DNA of 64,000 nucleotides, taken from the NCBI GenBank assembly GCA_964409365.1, contig CAYPCX010000002.1, positions 160,984-224,983 of the forward strand. Direction: 5' to 3'. Positions 36,001 to 48,000 of the stretch are shown here, one piece after another (positions within the stretch are counted from its first letter, which is position 1; every line of letters begins with the position of its first letter). The notes beneath the pieces were generated by a model. That model saw nothing but the letters and a program-made list of their open reading frames with translations, did no database searches and was not told the DNA's origin. The position numbers and the translations under genes were made by a program. This stretch comes from an uncultured Planctomycetia bacterium (lineage in GTDB: Bacteria > Omnitrophota > Gorgyraeia > Tantalellales > Tantalellaceae).

Positions 36001-39000
36001 CACCCTCTGAACAGAGGGTGCTCAGCGAGATCAACGCGTGGATGGTAGCAAAGGCCAAGATGAAAGAATGTGACAGGAGGCAATCGGCCCTCCAGTCCAG
36101 GTTGAGCTCTCTGGGAGTGAATGTCGGAGAGATCAGCGAGAAAGACATGGACAAGTTATTGGATGGTCTGGAGGGTATGACCCCGGACAAGATCATTGCC
36201 ATGTTCGAGGCAAACGGCATTGTAGATAAAGGGGATAAACTTTCCCTTGACCTGCTGAGGGAGGAAGCGCGCAGGCGGGCGATGAGATGGAAGATCGAAG
36301 AAGCGCGCAAAGGGCCGTGGGTCTATTATCTCGGCGTGAGTTTCGGCATGCCTTATAAGGTCAAGCCGCTCTTCGGCATGGAAAGAAAAGGCGACCTCAA
36401 CAATTTTGAGCTGACCGTTCCCATGGCCAAGATACAGAAGAAACAGCGGGATATCGCCTTTTTGAGGGCGGTGAAGAGCCACAGGGAAGAAAAAGAGCTC
36501 CTGGAAGAGGTTATCCCCCAGATGGAGGAGATGATCGCCGCCATGGACGCTTATCTCGACGATCTTAACCAGGGCGTGAGGGACGTAACGGGAGCTTCAA
36601 GGAAGGGAAGGTTAGAGGAAAACGCCCGTAACGAGTTCATCGGCAAGGCGGAAAAGGTCTGGAGGACATTGAACAGCCTCAAGAAAGAGATGGCGAGGAC
36701 CATAGAGGATTATAAGATACGGCTTGAAGACCTTGAGGAATTCGTCGCTCCTGAGGAGGAAAGAGAACTGGTGCCCGGAAAGTACACCCGTGACATGGCG
36801 AAACGCGACGCTATTGTCAAGGCCGAAAAAAGCGGGGCCCTGGCTTCGGCGGAAGCCGATGAAGACAAGGCGCGCAGACTGTATCAGGAAGCCAGAGAAA
36901 AGCCGGCCCTTCTCATTACAAGGCTGGGGTATACGGGAGGAGGACCGAAGAACATAGAAACCAGTTTCCAGTTAAAGGGCCCGGGATGGAAGCATCTTGA
37001 GAAGTTCCTGGAGCTGGATGTCAGGATAGCGAAGCTTCAGAAGAAATATGTGAAAGAAAGACTGCCGTATGAAGTCCAGAAAGCTTACAGGAGGTGCCTG
37101 AGCGCGAAGGCGCGGGTAAAGAACCTGAGGATAGCCGTGGAAAAATGGGAAACGGCGCTTAAAGCCGCCGAAAAGCGCGGCGAAGTGGGTAAAGCAACAA
37201 AGATAAAATCCGAGATGGGAGAATGCGAGGTATTGCGCCGCACTGCTGAAAATAATCTTAAGAACGCCAGGATGGCCCTCGAGCATCTTACAGGCAAGAA
37301 GTTCGAGGAGCTTGATCCTTCTTCGCTGGATAAGCCGCTGAGGAAGCCCAACCCCAACCTGCGGCTGGAGATACTCAAGCTCAGGAAACAGCAGGCAGTG
37401 GAGATACTGAAGATGAGGGAGGACAACAGCCTGATCACCGCCCTGTTCAAGATGTGCTTTTCCAGTTTCAAGCAGGGAGAGGACAAGGATAATTTCGGCC
37501 TTACTTTTTCGGGAGATGTTTTTGAGTTCATCCAGAACGTGGATACCAGCCCCGAAGGTTTCGACGCTTTCCTGAAGAAGCAGAAGGTCCTGATAAGGAA
37601 GTGGGACAACCAGATCGACATGGAACGGGCCAGGGTCCGGGACTTTAAAGCGCAGAACGAAGCCGAACTTGACGCAGCAAGAGGGAACCTGAAGACCGCC
37701 ATTGCCGAAGTCGAGGCCGACAGGAAATATCTCGACAGCCTGTACAGGCTGTCGCTGGATCTCAGGTATGCCGGGGTGAGCCTGTACAATGAGATACTTT
37801 TCATGGAGGCCAAGCTTCAGAATTCCGTTAACAGCATGGAAGACGCGGTATACAGGTATCTCGATGCCCTTGATGATTGTGGTATGACCATGAACGCGGG
37901 CGTGATCCTCAGGAATTTTGCCCAGCGGTCCGGTCTGGCCCCGTCCGCTTATAACGCGTGGCGCGCGAGGCTGGAAAAACGGCTGTTCTTCTACAACATG
38001 GGTCTTTCCGTGCGTTTCCAGATCTCCAAGTTCTTCGGCGCCGGTTCCCCGATAAAGAACCAGCTGGCCGCCCGCGACAACGCCATTTTCTGGGTTGACA
38101 GGTTATTGCACAAGATGGCCGGGGACGCCCAGTGGAAACAGTTCAGATATTACGACCCGGTAACCGGCCGTGCCAAGCTGAAGGACGATCATATAAACGC
38201 GTATCTGTACAACCAGAAGCTGGTATCACACATCGACATGATGAACGACCTGATGAGGACGGAAGAAGAGATCAGAAGGGCCGAGGCCAGGGCCGGCATA
38301 GAGCTGGGTAAATACAGGCCCAAGCCGACGTTCCCGACAATGCTTATAAACATCAAATTCAATCTTTTCAAGGACCCACTCAAGCAGGAGATAAAGGGTC
38401 ATATCGTAGAGCAGGAAGAAGCCCGCATGGCCGAGGAGGAATTGCGCGACGAGTCCAGGCTCGTGAACGTCGCCACGCAGTATGAAAATTCCAGACAGCA
38501 GGAGAACAGGTTAAAAGGGGAAATAAGGGAACTGGATATGGTGATCAGTTCCGCGGAAGATACCATAAAGCACCGCGATGAGACATCGTCCGAGAGAGGG
38601 ATCTACAGGCTCAAGACACTGAAACTCGAGAAGGAAAAGCAGCTGGCCAGGGCGGAGATGATGACGAAGTTCTTCCAGGGACAGCTCAAGGAAGAGATGA
38701 AAGGTCGCGCCGTGTTCGTCCTGGAAGACGGAACGCCGGTGGACGTCACTAAGATCGATGATGCCCAATTTAAGCGGTTATGGATCAAGTTCAGGAGAGG
38801 GTATTCGGCCCTCAAGGACCTGGATGCCGCTGTAAGGGAGTGGGAGGAAGTAAGCGCCCAGGTGGTCGCGGCCCACCCCGCCCTCAAGAGGATGAAGGCC
38901 CTGGTCAAGGAAGCGGAAGGCAATTACAAGCTGGCGGGTTTCTGGATGAAATTCAGCCCGGATGTAAGGATATGGTTCGGCCTGCCGCTTTCTTCGCCGT

Positions 39001-42000
39001 CGATAGGAGGGATTTCTATTGAGATACCCCTGGTCACCGATCATAAGAGGGAAACCGAGAATGTCATGGCTTATCTCAGCATGTCACAGGCGGAAGAGGG
39101 GGTATTGGACCTGTCGGAGCAGATGCGGGCGGAATTGAGGCAGTACAAGGACGCTATTTTTCACACAAGAGGACTGCTGGAAGACCGGGCCCGTTCACTG
39201 AGGCTCACTGCCGGGAATTTTGTGCTGACTTTCAACAAGTATGAAAGAAATGATACCAATATCGATGATGTACTTGAAAAGGCGCAGGAATGGGCGAACG
39301 CCCGTCAGGAGTTCATGAAGCTCACGACCAGTTACAACCGCCAGGTCAGGGAACTTTCGGCCATTTTACGCAAACTTGACGTGACGGTTCCCCGTGCTCC
39401 CGCCGCGTCCGGGCTTAAAGGTCTGGAAAAAGACAGGGGTTTTATAGCGGCCGTGGGGAATTTCATGGACAACCTGCCCAGGCCGGACGCGGCAAGATCC
39501 GCCGAATTCAGCAAGCTGACCCGGGACAGCCAGGTCCGCGCGTGGGCCCTGGTCTGCAGGGACCTTAAGCACAAGGACAGGGAAGAGGCCATAAGGTACA
39601 TGGAAGAGCTGACCGACAGGTTGCGCGAAGAACAGGAAATGCCGTTTGAAGAGGACCAGGGGATCAGGACCCCCGAGATGACCGATATAATGGGACTGGA
39701 AGAGGATCCATATTTCAATAAAGCGGTAGAAAGGTTTTTGCAAGTACTTGGCCCGCAGGCCACGAAAGTCATTTCACAAAAGAAAGGTATTACCCGGAAG
39801 GAATGGGTGCGCATGCTTGCCCAGCTTTGTAACACCCATCGATGTAAAACAAGGGAAGAGGCTGTACTTCACGTGCACGGAATGGCCATGTGGGCTTCTT
39901 CGCTTCTCAAGCGGTACAGGATGGTAGAGGGGAACAAGGAAAAGCTGCACAGGACGTTCCCGGATTTCCTGGGGACGTTCATCTACCCGCTCACGACGCA
40001 GGAGAAGTCCGGCCTTGTCAACCACCCGGAACGGGGCACGTACCCGTACCTGTTCAATATGTTAGGCCTTGCGGATTGGCTGGCGTTCTCCGATCATGTC
40101 AGGATGGATGTATGGGGTGAGGATGAGCAGACGGCGCGTAACAGGACGAGCGCGCACCTTTATGATCTGTTCGATAAACTTTCCGGAAAGGATTCTTCCG
40201 ATGACCGTTGGATAAGGATATTCAAGGAGGGCTTGAACAAGCTGGGAATGGACCTTACGGATGAAGACGTGAGACAGGCCAGATGCGGCGTGGCGGAAGA
40301 AACCTCCGGATTCATGGGGAAGCCGTACGAGGTAGGCAGTCCCGCGAACGCGAGGGTGCTGGATGTGTCCTTCCGGTTCAAGAACCTGGCGAGGATGAGC
40401 GATGAAGAGTTCGATAAAGCTATGCCCAAGCTTGAAAGGTTGCGCCCGATCGCCGAAAAGCATTTTACCCCGCGCCCGGGCACGCCCGAGTTCTACCGGC
40501 ACGAAGAGGCCGAGAGGCTCAGGGTCCTCATGAAGGACAGGGACACGCTCAAAAAGGTCGAAGATCCCAGCGATAAAGACCGCACCAGGCTTGAGAGGCT
40601 GGAGAAGCTTATCGAGGCCGAGAAACAGACCGTTTATGATTCCATACTGGCCATCAATCTTTTCAAGCTGTATACCGGGATAACGGAAGGATGCCGGAAT
40701 GAATGGGATTTCGAAGATAACGTGAGGTATCTGGAGGAAAAGATCCTTCCCCAGATGGAGGACGATAAAGGCGAGTTCCTGGCTGATTATGACGACCCGC
40801 TGTTCAACGCCCTCTATTTCGTAAATCACCGAGGGGAAGCATATCCCGCGAAGCAGAACGGCAAGCGCGTGACCTGTTATGTGGATGCCGCGAAAGGAGA
40901 GGTCTCGATCAATCGCGGCATGGATATATTCCCGTACGAAGTATGGAAAGGCGTTTTTGACGAAGAGGATTGGACGATAAAAGGAGAAAAGGACGAAGAC
41001 GGCAACTGGACCAGGCCCTGGCGCTTTCAAAAATGGGGTAAAGCGACAAAACTCCGTAATTTCCTTTTCCGACTGCCCGACGGCAGCAGGAAGGTCACGA
41101 TAAGGTCGGGCTACAGGCTCCCCCTGACCGAATACAACAAGGACGGGTCGGAAGCCAAGAAAGGATATATCTTCAAGGAAGAGGACAAGAACCGTCTGGT
41201 GGTCACCAGCGAGACCATAGAGACGGAAGAGTTGAAGCACAGGAAGGTCGAGGAAACGTGGGTGACTTTCTTTGATGATGATGAGAAGATCACCGTCTCC
41301 GAGGGCTGGGTCGCCGGCATAAAAGGCGAGGGTGAAAGCCTGAAGGCGGCGAAAGGGTTTGACGCTCCCATCAAGAGGGAAGAGTTCAGGCGCGTTTATG
41401 GCTGGAACAGGATCGAGGCTGAAATAGAAAGGATGAGGGACGAGAGGATAGCCCAGATCGGCGATCCCAACGTGAGAAGGGCCTTGAAAAGGGCCGTCAA
41501 GAAAATAGAGGACGTGGAGAGAAGGCTGTGGGAAGAGAAGGTTGACAGGACGAAGAGAGCGGAAGGCGAGGTCGAGAAAGACGTCCGGACGCGGACGGGT
41601 GCGAAGATACGGGCTTTAAAGGGCGAGATAGAGGAGCTTGAGGACGATGAAAAGTTCCAGACCAGAAGGAAAGAGGCTCTTATCGAGGCCAGAAGGGAAC
41701 TGCAACAGGTACGGGAAGAGAGAAAGAAGAAAGCGGAAGAGATCAAGAAGAGAAAAGAAAAAGAGAAAGCGCAAACAGACGAGGAAAAACGCAAAGAAGA
41801 AGAGACAATAAAACGCCTGGAAGGGGAGATAACGGTTCTTGAGGAACAGATCGAAAATAAGGAGGCCGCCGCGAGGAAGCTGCAGGAAAAGATAAAAGAG
41901 GCGACTCCCGTGACGACCGCGGCCGGATCCGGGGTTAGCGTCAACCTGCCCTGGAGGCATTACGGCGAGGACGTCGGGAACTATCCGGGTGCGACGCACA

Positions 42001-45000
42001 AGGGCTTCAGTTCAGACGTAGGCAGGAGATTCCTTGATGCCCGGTTCAATGAGATGAAGGAAGCCGGAATAACGCAAACGCGCGTATTCCTCTTCAGCAA
42101 CTTCATGCCAGGCATAGTGGAGAATAATGACGGGACGTTCTCTTTCCAGCCGGAAGTAAATAAAGATATAGACGCTTTGCTGGAAACAGCGGATAAGTAC
42201 GGTATCGGACTTTCCCTGGTGCTTTATAATCATGACTTTAGTGATGGGAGGCCGACGAACGATGACGGCGAGAAGGTCGGAGAAAAACCGGAACTGCTTA
42301 TAGGGAAAAAGGACGAATTCCTAAAGCTCACGAAAGAACTCGTGGGACGCCTGAAGAACCACAAATATGCCCATGTAGTGAAAGCCATAGAGCCGTTCAA
42401 CGAACCGCGGGCGATAAAAGATGCCAAGTATAACTTTGTGAAAAAGGCCATGCACATTGTTACCGGGATCCCCATGGACGCGAAAGACGAGCAAGGCAAT
42501 AACAAACTGGATGAAGCGATGAAGAAACAGTGGCCTGACGCTCATGCCGAAGCATCGGGTTACGCGACCGACGCGCAGAAGGGCAGTATCGCGAAAAGAG
42601 CTGAAGAACTCAGGGAAAAGGGACAGAACGATGCCGCTGGAGAGCTGGAAAAAGCCGACAGGATAGCGGGATTTGACGCGGTACGGGATTTCGCGTCCGA
42701 AGTAGCAGAGGCGGCAGGCGATATACCGGTCGTGATAAGTTGTATGGATAAGGACGACCTGTGGTATAACTGGGCGAAAGAATCTCCCGAGATCCTGGCT
42801 AAGAAGAATGTCGCGGTGGAGATGCACTATTACGTGCCTGTTTACCGCACGGATAAGGACCTGGCCGGGCTGGTGGGAGAATTCCCGAGCGCGGGTGATC
42901 TCCGGGACATGTTGAAGGGTGCAGCGGGAAGAGATGTTCCCGTCGGGATAGGCGAGGTTGGAGTTTATCGCTCAAAGGATAAAGCTGGAACACCTTCCGC
43001 GGCGGAGATGGAAGCTATCGTAACAGGTTTTCAGGCAAAAGGTTACGAGGGAATCAGCTTCTGGAAGGATTATAAAGTGGAAGAAGGGAGGGTTTACCCC
43101 GGTGCTACCAATACTAATATCAGCGAATTGGGAGAGGTCATTATAAAAGCGGCAAAACCCGTAAAGCCCGAAAAAGAGGAACCCGCACCTGCCCAAAAAG
43201 AAGAACTGGCAAAGATGAAAGAAGCCCTGGCAAAACAGCAGGAAGAGATAAAGAAGATAGAAGAGGCAAAAGGAAAACTGGAAGAGCAGAAAAGATCGCT
43301 CGCGAAGGATGAGGTAACGGTAGAAGAGGAAGAAAAGGAATTGCAGGAACTGGATAGAGAGATCAAAGAACTGGAAGAGTGGCAAAAAGGAATAGTGGAC
43401 GATAAGGAAGCGGAAAAATGGAGAAGAGAAGCCATAAAGGAAAGAAAGGACCAGATCGAGGAAGCGAAAAGATACCGGGATGAGCGCATAGCGGCTATAG
43501 CGAAAGGCGATATAGGCAGATTGCGGGAGGAAGTGCGCGCCCTGGAGAGCGAGAAGAGGAAAGAGAAAGACGCCGGAGAGAGGGCGAAAATACAGGAAGA
43601 GATAGAGGACAGGAAGGTCGTCCTGTTGTCGGAAGAGCTTGTGGTAAGCCTTGAAGAGGACCTGAAGACATCGGAAGAGAACGTGAAACTTCTGGAAGAA
43701 GCCGCAAGAGGAATGGAAAAAGACGCGAGGCAGGTCCGCGGCGAAAAAGCAAGAGCTAAAAGACAGAAAGAGATAGCGGATAAAAAAGCCGAGATCGCGA
43801 GAAAAAAGAAGGAAATAATAAGAAAGAAAAAAAGAATAGCGGCGAAGAAGAGTGAAAAGGACAAACTCCTTTACAAGATAAAACAGGGGCGCATAGCGAG
43901 AATAGATGATGATATCCGCAGGAAAAAGGAAGCCGCGATAGCCGGGATAATAAAAGAAGAGGGCTCCTCGGACCAACTGAAGCAGGCCCTGGCCGACACG
44001 ATAGGGGATATAGAAAGGATAAGGAGGATAGCCGAGAAAGCGCACGAGAAAGCGTTCGATAAAAGGCTGGAAGGCAGTATATATGTCCTTGAAGGGCGGC
44101 AGTGGAATATCCTGACGGGAAGGATGGATTATCGCCAGAACCGCCTGGAGGACGAGAAAAAGGTCCTTCTCTGGGACCAGGTGCGGGACTCGTCCAAATC
44201 CCCCGGGTATACGATCGAGACGGTCTACATGAGGGACCCCGAAACGGACTTTATAGTCGAGAAAAGGTACAAGATATTCCATTTCGGCGAGAACAAAGGC
44301 GTGAAACATTTTTATTATAAAGCGGGATTCCAGTTCCAGGGTCTGAAGGACGGCAGAGAGCTCTGGGAAAGGAAGTATTTTGTCAATTATGACACCGGCG
44401 TATGGGAGGAAGTCCTGCCGCCGAAGATAGAAAAAGGCAAGGAAATACCCAGGGAGAGGGGAAGGGATGAGAAGGGCAGGAATTTCACCAGGACGGGAGG
44501 AGCGATACGTTATCATCTTTACAGGGACGAGAACGGCACTACCGTGATATCCAGGAAGCTGATGCTCGGGCAGATCACCGAAAGATATGATTACGCGTTC
44601 GACTATCTGACCGAGCTTGAATACGACGGCACCACATCCTACTCCGCGGTGATCGACCCGGGCAGGACCGTCGAGCTCAAACCCGTGATCCTCAAGCCCA
44701 GCCGCGCGGAAAGGAACGGCGTGAACCTTTTGAAACCCGAATACAGGAAACAAAGGACCATAGAGGACGGCACCACGTTCGACGGCAGGGTTTTTACTTT
44801 TCCGTCTAAATTGATCCAGGGGGGAACTTTATCGTCGCGGGATTTCCCGGAAGGTTTGACGTACAGGCCCGCGCAGGAGGTGCAGTATAAGTTCCATATC
44901 GAATGCAAGTACGATCATAACGAGCAGAGGATCCTGGTCGCGAGGGAAGAGCGTATCATCACGAACATGGATGGGCGCCTGCTGTTCAAGGTCACGCTGG

Positions 45001-48000
45001 ACCGCGAGACGAACCGCGTGAAGATCCTCAGATTTCATAAGACCAAAGAGATCGACGGTAAAAAATACGATAACGTCATGGAAACGTTCGTTTATGACCG
45101 GGAGACGAACGAACTGGTCGAGAAAATGAGCCACCGGATAGTTTTCGATGAATACCTCAGGGAGAACGACAGGTGGGATCTCGTAAAGTCCTGGGCGATC
45201 GTTGAGGAGAAGCAGGATAATTTCGCGGACCTGGAGAACGTCGACGTGAGAAGGACTTACGAAGTGGCGAAAAAGATAGAGTATCACGAGGATGGCACTA
45301 CGACCGAGTTCATGACCAAAAAGAGCAAAGACGACGAATGGCCGAAGATAGACATGGAAGTGACGACCGAGAAGAATAAATACGGCATTCCCGTGGAAGT
45401 GGTCTCTTCCGGCACCCGCCAGGATTCAAAGAGTGAGGAAGAAAGGCCCTTCGTTCCGGTGATATTCGAACCCCATGCCATTAAGAGGGCGACGGGCCCC
45501 TTAATGAGGTACCGGAGTTCTGACGGGAAAAAACTGGATAAGCCGGTAAAGATCGGCCTTCTTTCTTACGATGAGAAAGAAGGCACTCTTAACGCCGTGT
45601 TTGCCAGGCCGGACGGTACTCTTGACATTGTCAAGGTGCCGGAGGACGCGAGGATAATAGAACTGGTCGAGCGGGAAGCCACGAAGACGCACGTGTCTTT
45701 CGGTATCTACGATGTTTACGGGAAGCCCTTGTACCAGGACAGGATGACACACCAGAGGGGCAACGGGGCTATCCACCATATATTGCATTACACTCCCGTT
45801 TCGGGCCGCAGCAAGGAAGAGGATATTAGACGGGGCGAGGTAGATGATTCAAGCCGGAGCGATGAATATTATGGTTATATTCCCAAGGAAGGCGACGGGA
45901 AAGAGGTGCGGGTGCTTTTGAAAGAATCGACTGTGATAAGGAACACCGATACCGAGAAAAACGACCTGTACCTGGTAGAAAATGAAAGGTCCCAATTCAA
46001 GAGATACAGGAAGGAATACGAATATAACCTTTACAGGGCGATAAGCGGGCTTCCGACCAGCGATAAACCGATAGCTAGCAAGGCCTGGAGATTGACACCG
46101 GAAGGGGAAGATTACCCGAAGCCGTACGAGATCGTCGTATACAGGTTCGACCTGGAGAACGAACAGCGGCTTATCATTTCCATGTATGACCGAAAATATC
46201 CGGATGGCACTGATGTGCCTGCCAATGCGCCGCTGGAGGAAGGACAGATAGTGACCGGCCTTCTTACCACTTCGCTGAAGTCGGGTATCGAATATGAGTC
46301 GGAAACATGGCGGGCGCCTCTCGTGAAAGCAGAAGGCAAACTTCACCTGGATTTTGCCAAGGGCAGCCTTATCGCCAGGAGGTACCGCATGCCCGAGACC
46401 GACCGGTTCATCACTATCCACCTGGAAAGGGACGAAAAGACAAAAGAGTATTCGGTCAAGGGCGTGTTCGAAGGAGAAGGAGTTATCGAGCTTTTCGGCA
46501 TCTTCCCGGACAAGAAGGTAAGAGAGTTCTGGGGCCTTGACCCCAAAAGGGTCGTTATAGATCCGGAAACGGGCGAGTTCACAGGGCTCGGCGACACACC
46601 GGACAAATGCGTAAAGATCGATAACGATAATTTTAATGAAGGGATCGCGAGGAACCGGGTAAAAAGATACGTGTATGACCCCCGGAACCCGGACTATGTA
46701 TACTCCATACCCTGGCGAAGCGATCCTGACTACGTGAAAGGGCGTTTTTATCTCAGCCAGAAAGAAGGCATCAGGAAAAGCCGGCTTGTGGCGAGTTTCA
46801 GACGGAGCCCGGGTGTCAGTTTCGAGGATATGATCAGGAACGCACAGACCACCAAGCCGTGGGACAGGAAGACATCGGAGGTGACCCGCATAAGGGCCGA
46901 GGATGCCGAGTTGGACATGATCTACACCTATACAGGAACGAATTACCGCGCGCATGCCGCCAAGGACAGGGGAACTGAACCCGCCGTATTCACGGTGAAA
47001 AAGGACGGGGATACGTGGGAGATATACGAGTATCCCGTCGAGAATGAGAAAACGGGCGAGATCGATAGCCTGCGCGGGACACAATACCGTGTCAGCACCA
47101 CGGAGCCTAAAAAGAAAGACGGGACCAAAGAAGAAGGATGGGTGAAAGTAACACTTGATATCGGGAAGGTCGTCAGGAACATAGCTTCCCTTTCACCGAA
47201 GATGAAGATGGCCGACGGCACTCTTTTACAGGACACTAAAAATCTTCCTGACTCGAAGACCTTCTGGCTGAAGGAAGTGTATCACTGGAAAGGCGTAAAG
47301 AAAAAGGACGGGACGATCGAAAGGGTCATGTTCAATCCCCAGGGTGTCCAGGTAAAGAGGACATATGATCCCGGCGAGAACAAGACGCTGAGGGAGAACA
47401 TCGATGAGCTCATCAAGGATGTCGGGAAAGAACACCGCGAGAGGGAAAAAGCCAGGAAGAAAGCTGAAGAAGCCCGGCTCCATCTGACGGAGAGGGTCCA
47501 TGCCGCGGATCGCAAAGAAGCCGAGGAGATCGCCGCCGAGGATCCCCTTTTCAGCGACACATGGCGCAACGAGATGGTGGACGCGATCTATAACAAGGTA
47601 AGGAACAAGGAAGCCAAGGGCGAGAAGCTGAGTTCAGCTCAGCTGAAGGCCCTTTTAAAAAGAAGCCCAAAGGTGCTGGCCACGTTCGAAAAAGTGCTGG
47701 AAAGGTTCGGCCTGTCCGCCGATTATTCAGATCCGGAACTGCGTAACCTCGTGCTGGACTGGACGTTGATGACCGACAAGGAAAAGGGCGTGTCGGAATG
47801 GACGCTGGTGACCGGCAAGGAAAAAGAGGTGGATTTCGGTGATAGCGCGCAGATGGAAGAGTTCCTCGGGTATGTCGTCGCCGTTTCAAGGATCCCGGAG
47901 TTCAGGGAACTGGTAGAGAATTCACCGCGGATAACGAAACTGAACAAACGCCCGAAACGCATAAAGATAATAAAGAAGGCGATCCTTTACGCAAAGGATA

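Noticed and set aside
47760-47837. 39-bp in-frame duplication (WTLMTDKEKGVSE / WTLVTGKEKEVDF)
   Set aside because: It is real but an ordinary diverged local duplication with no evidence of special function.
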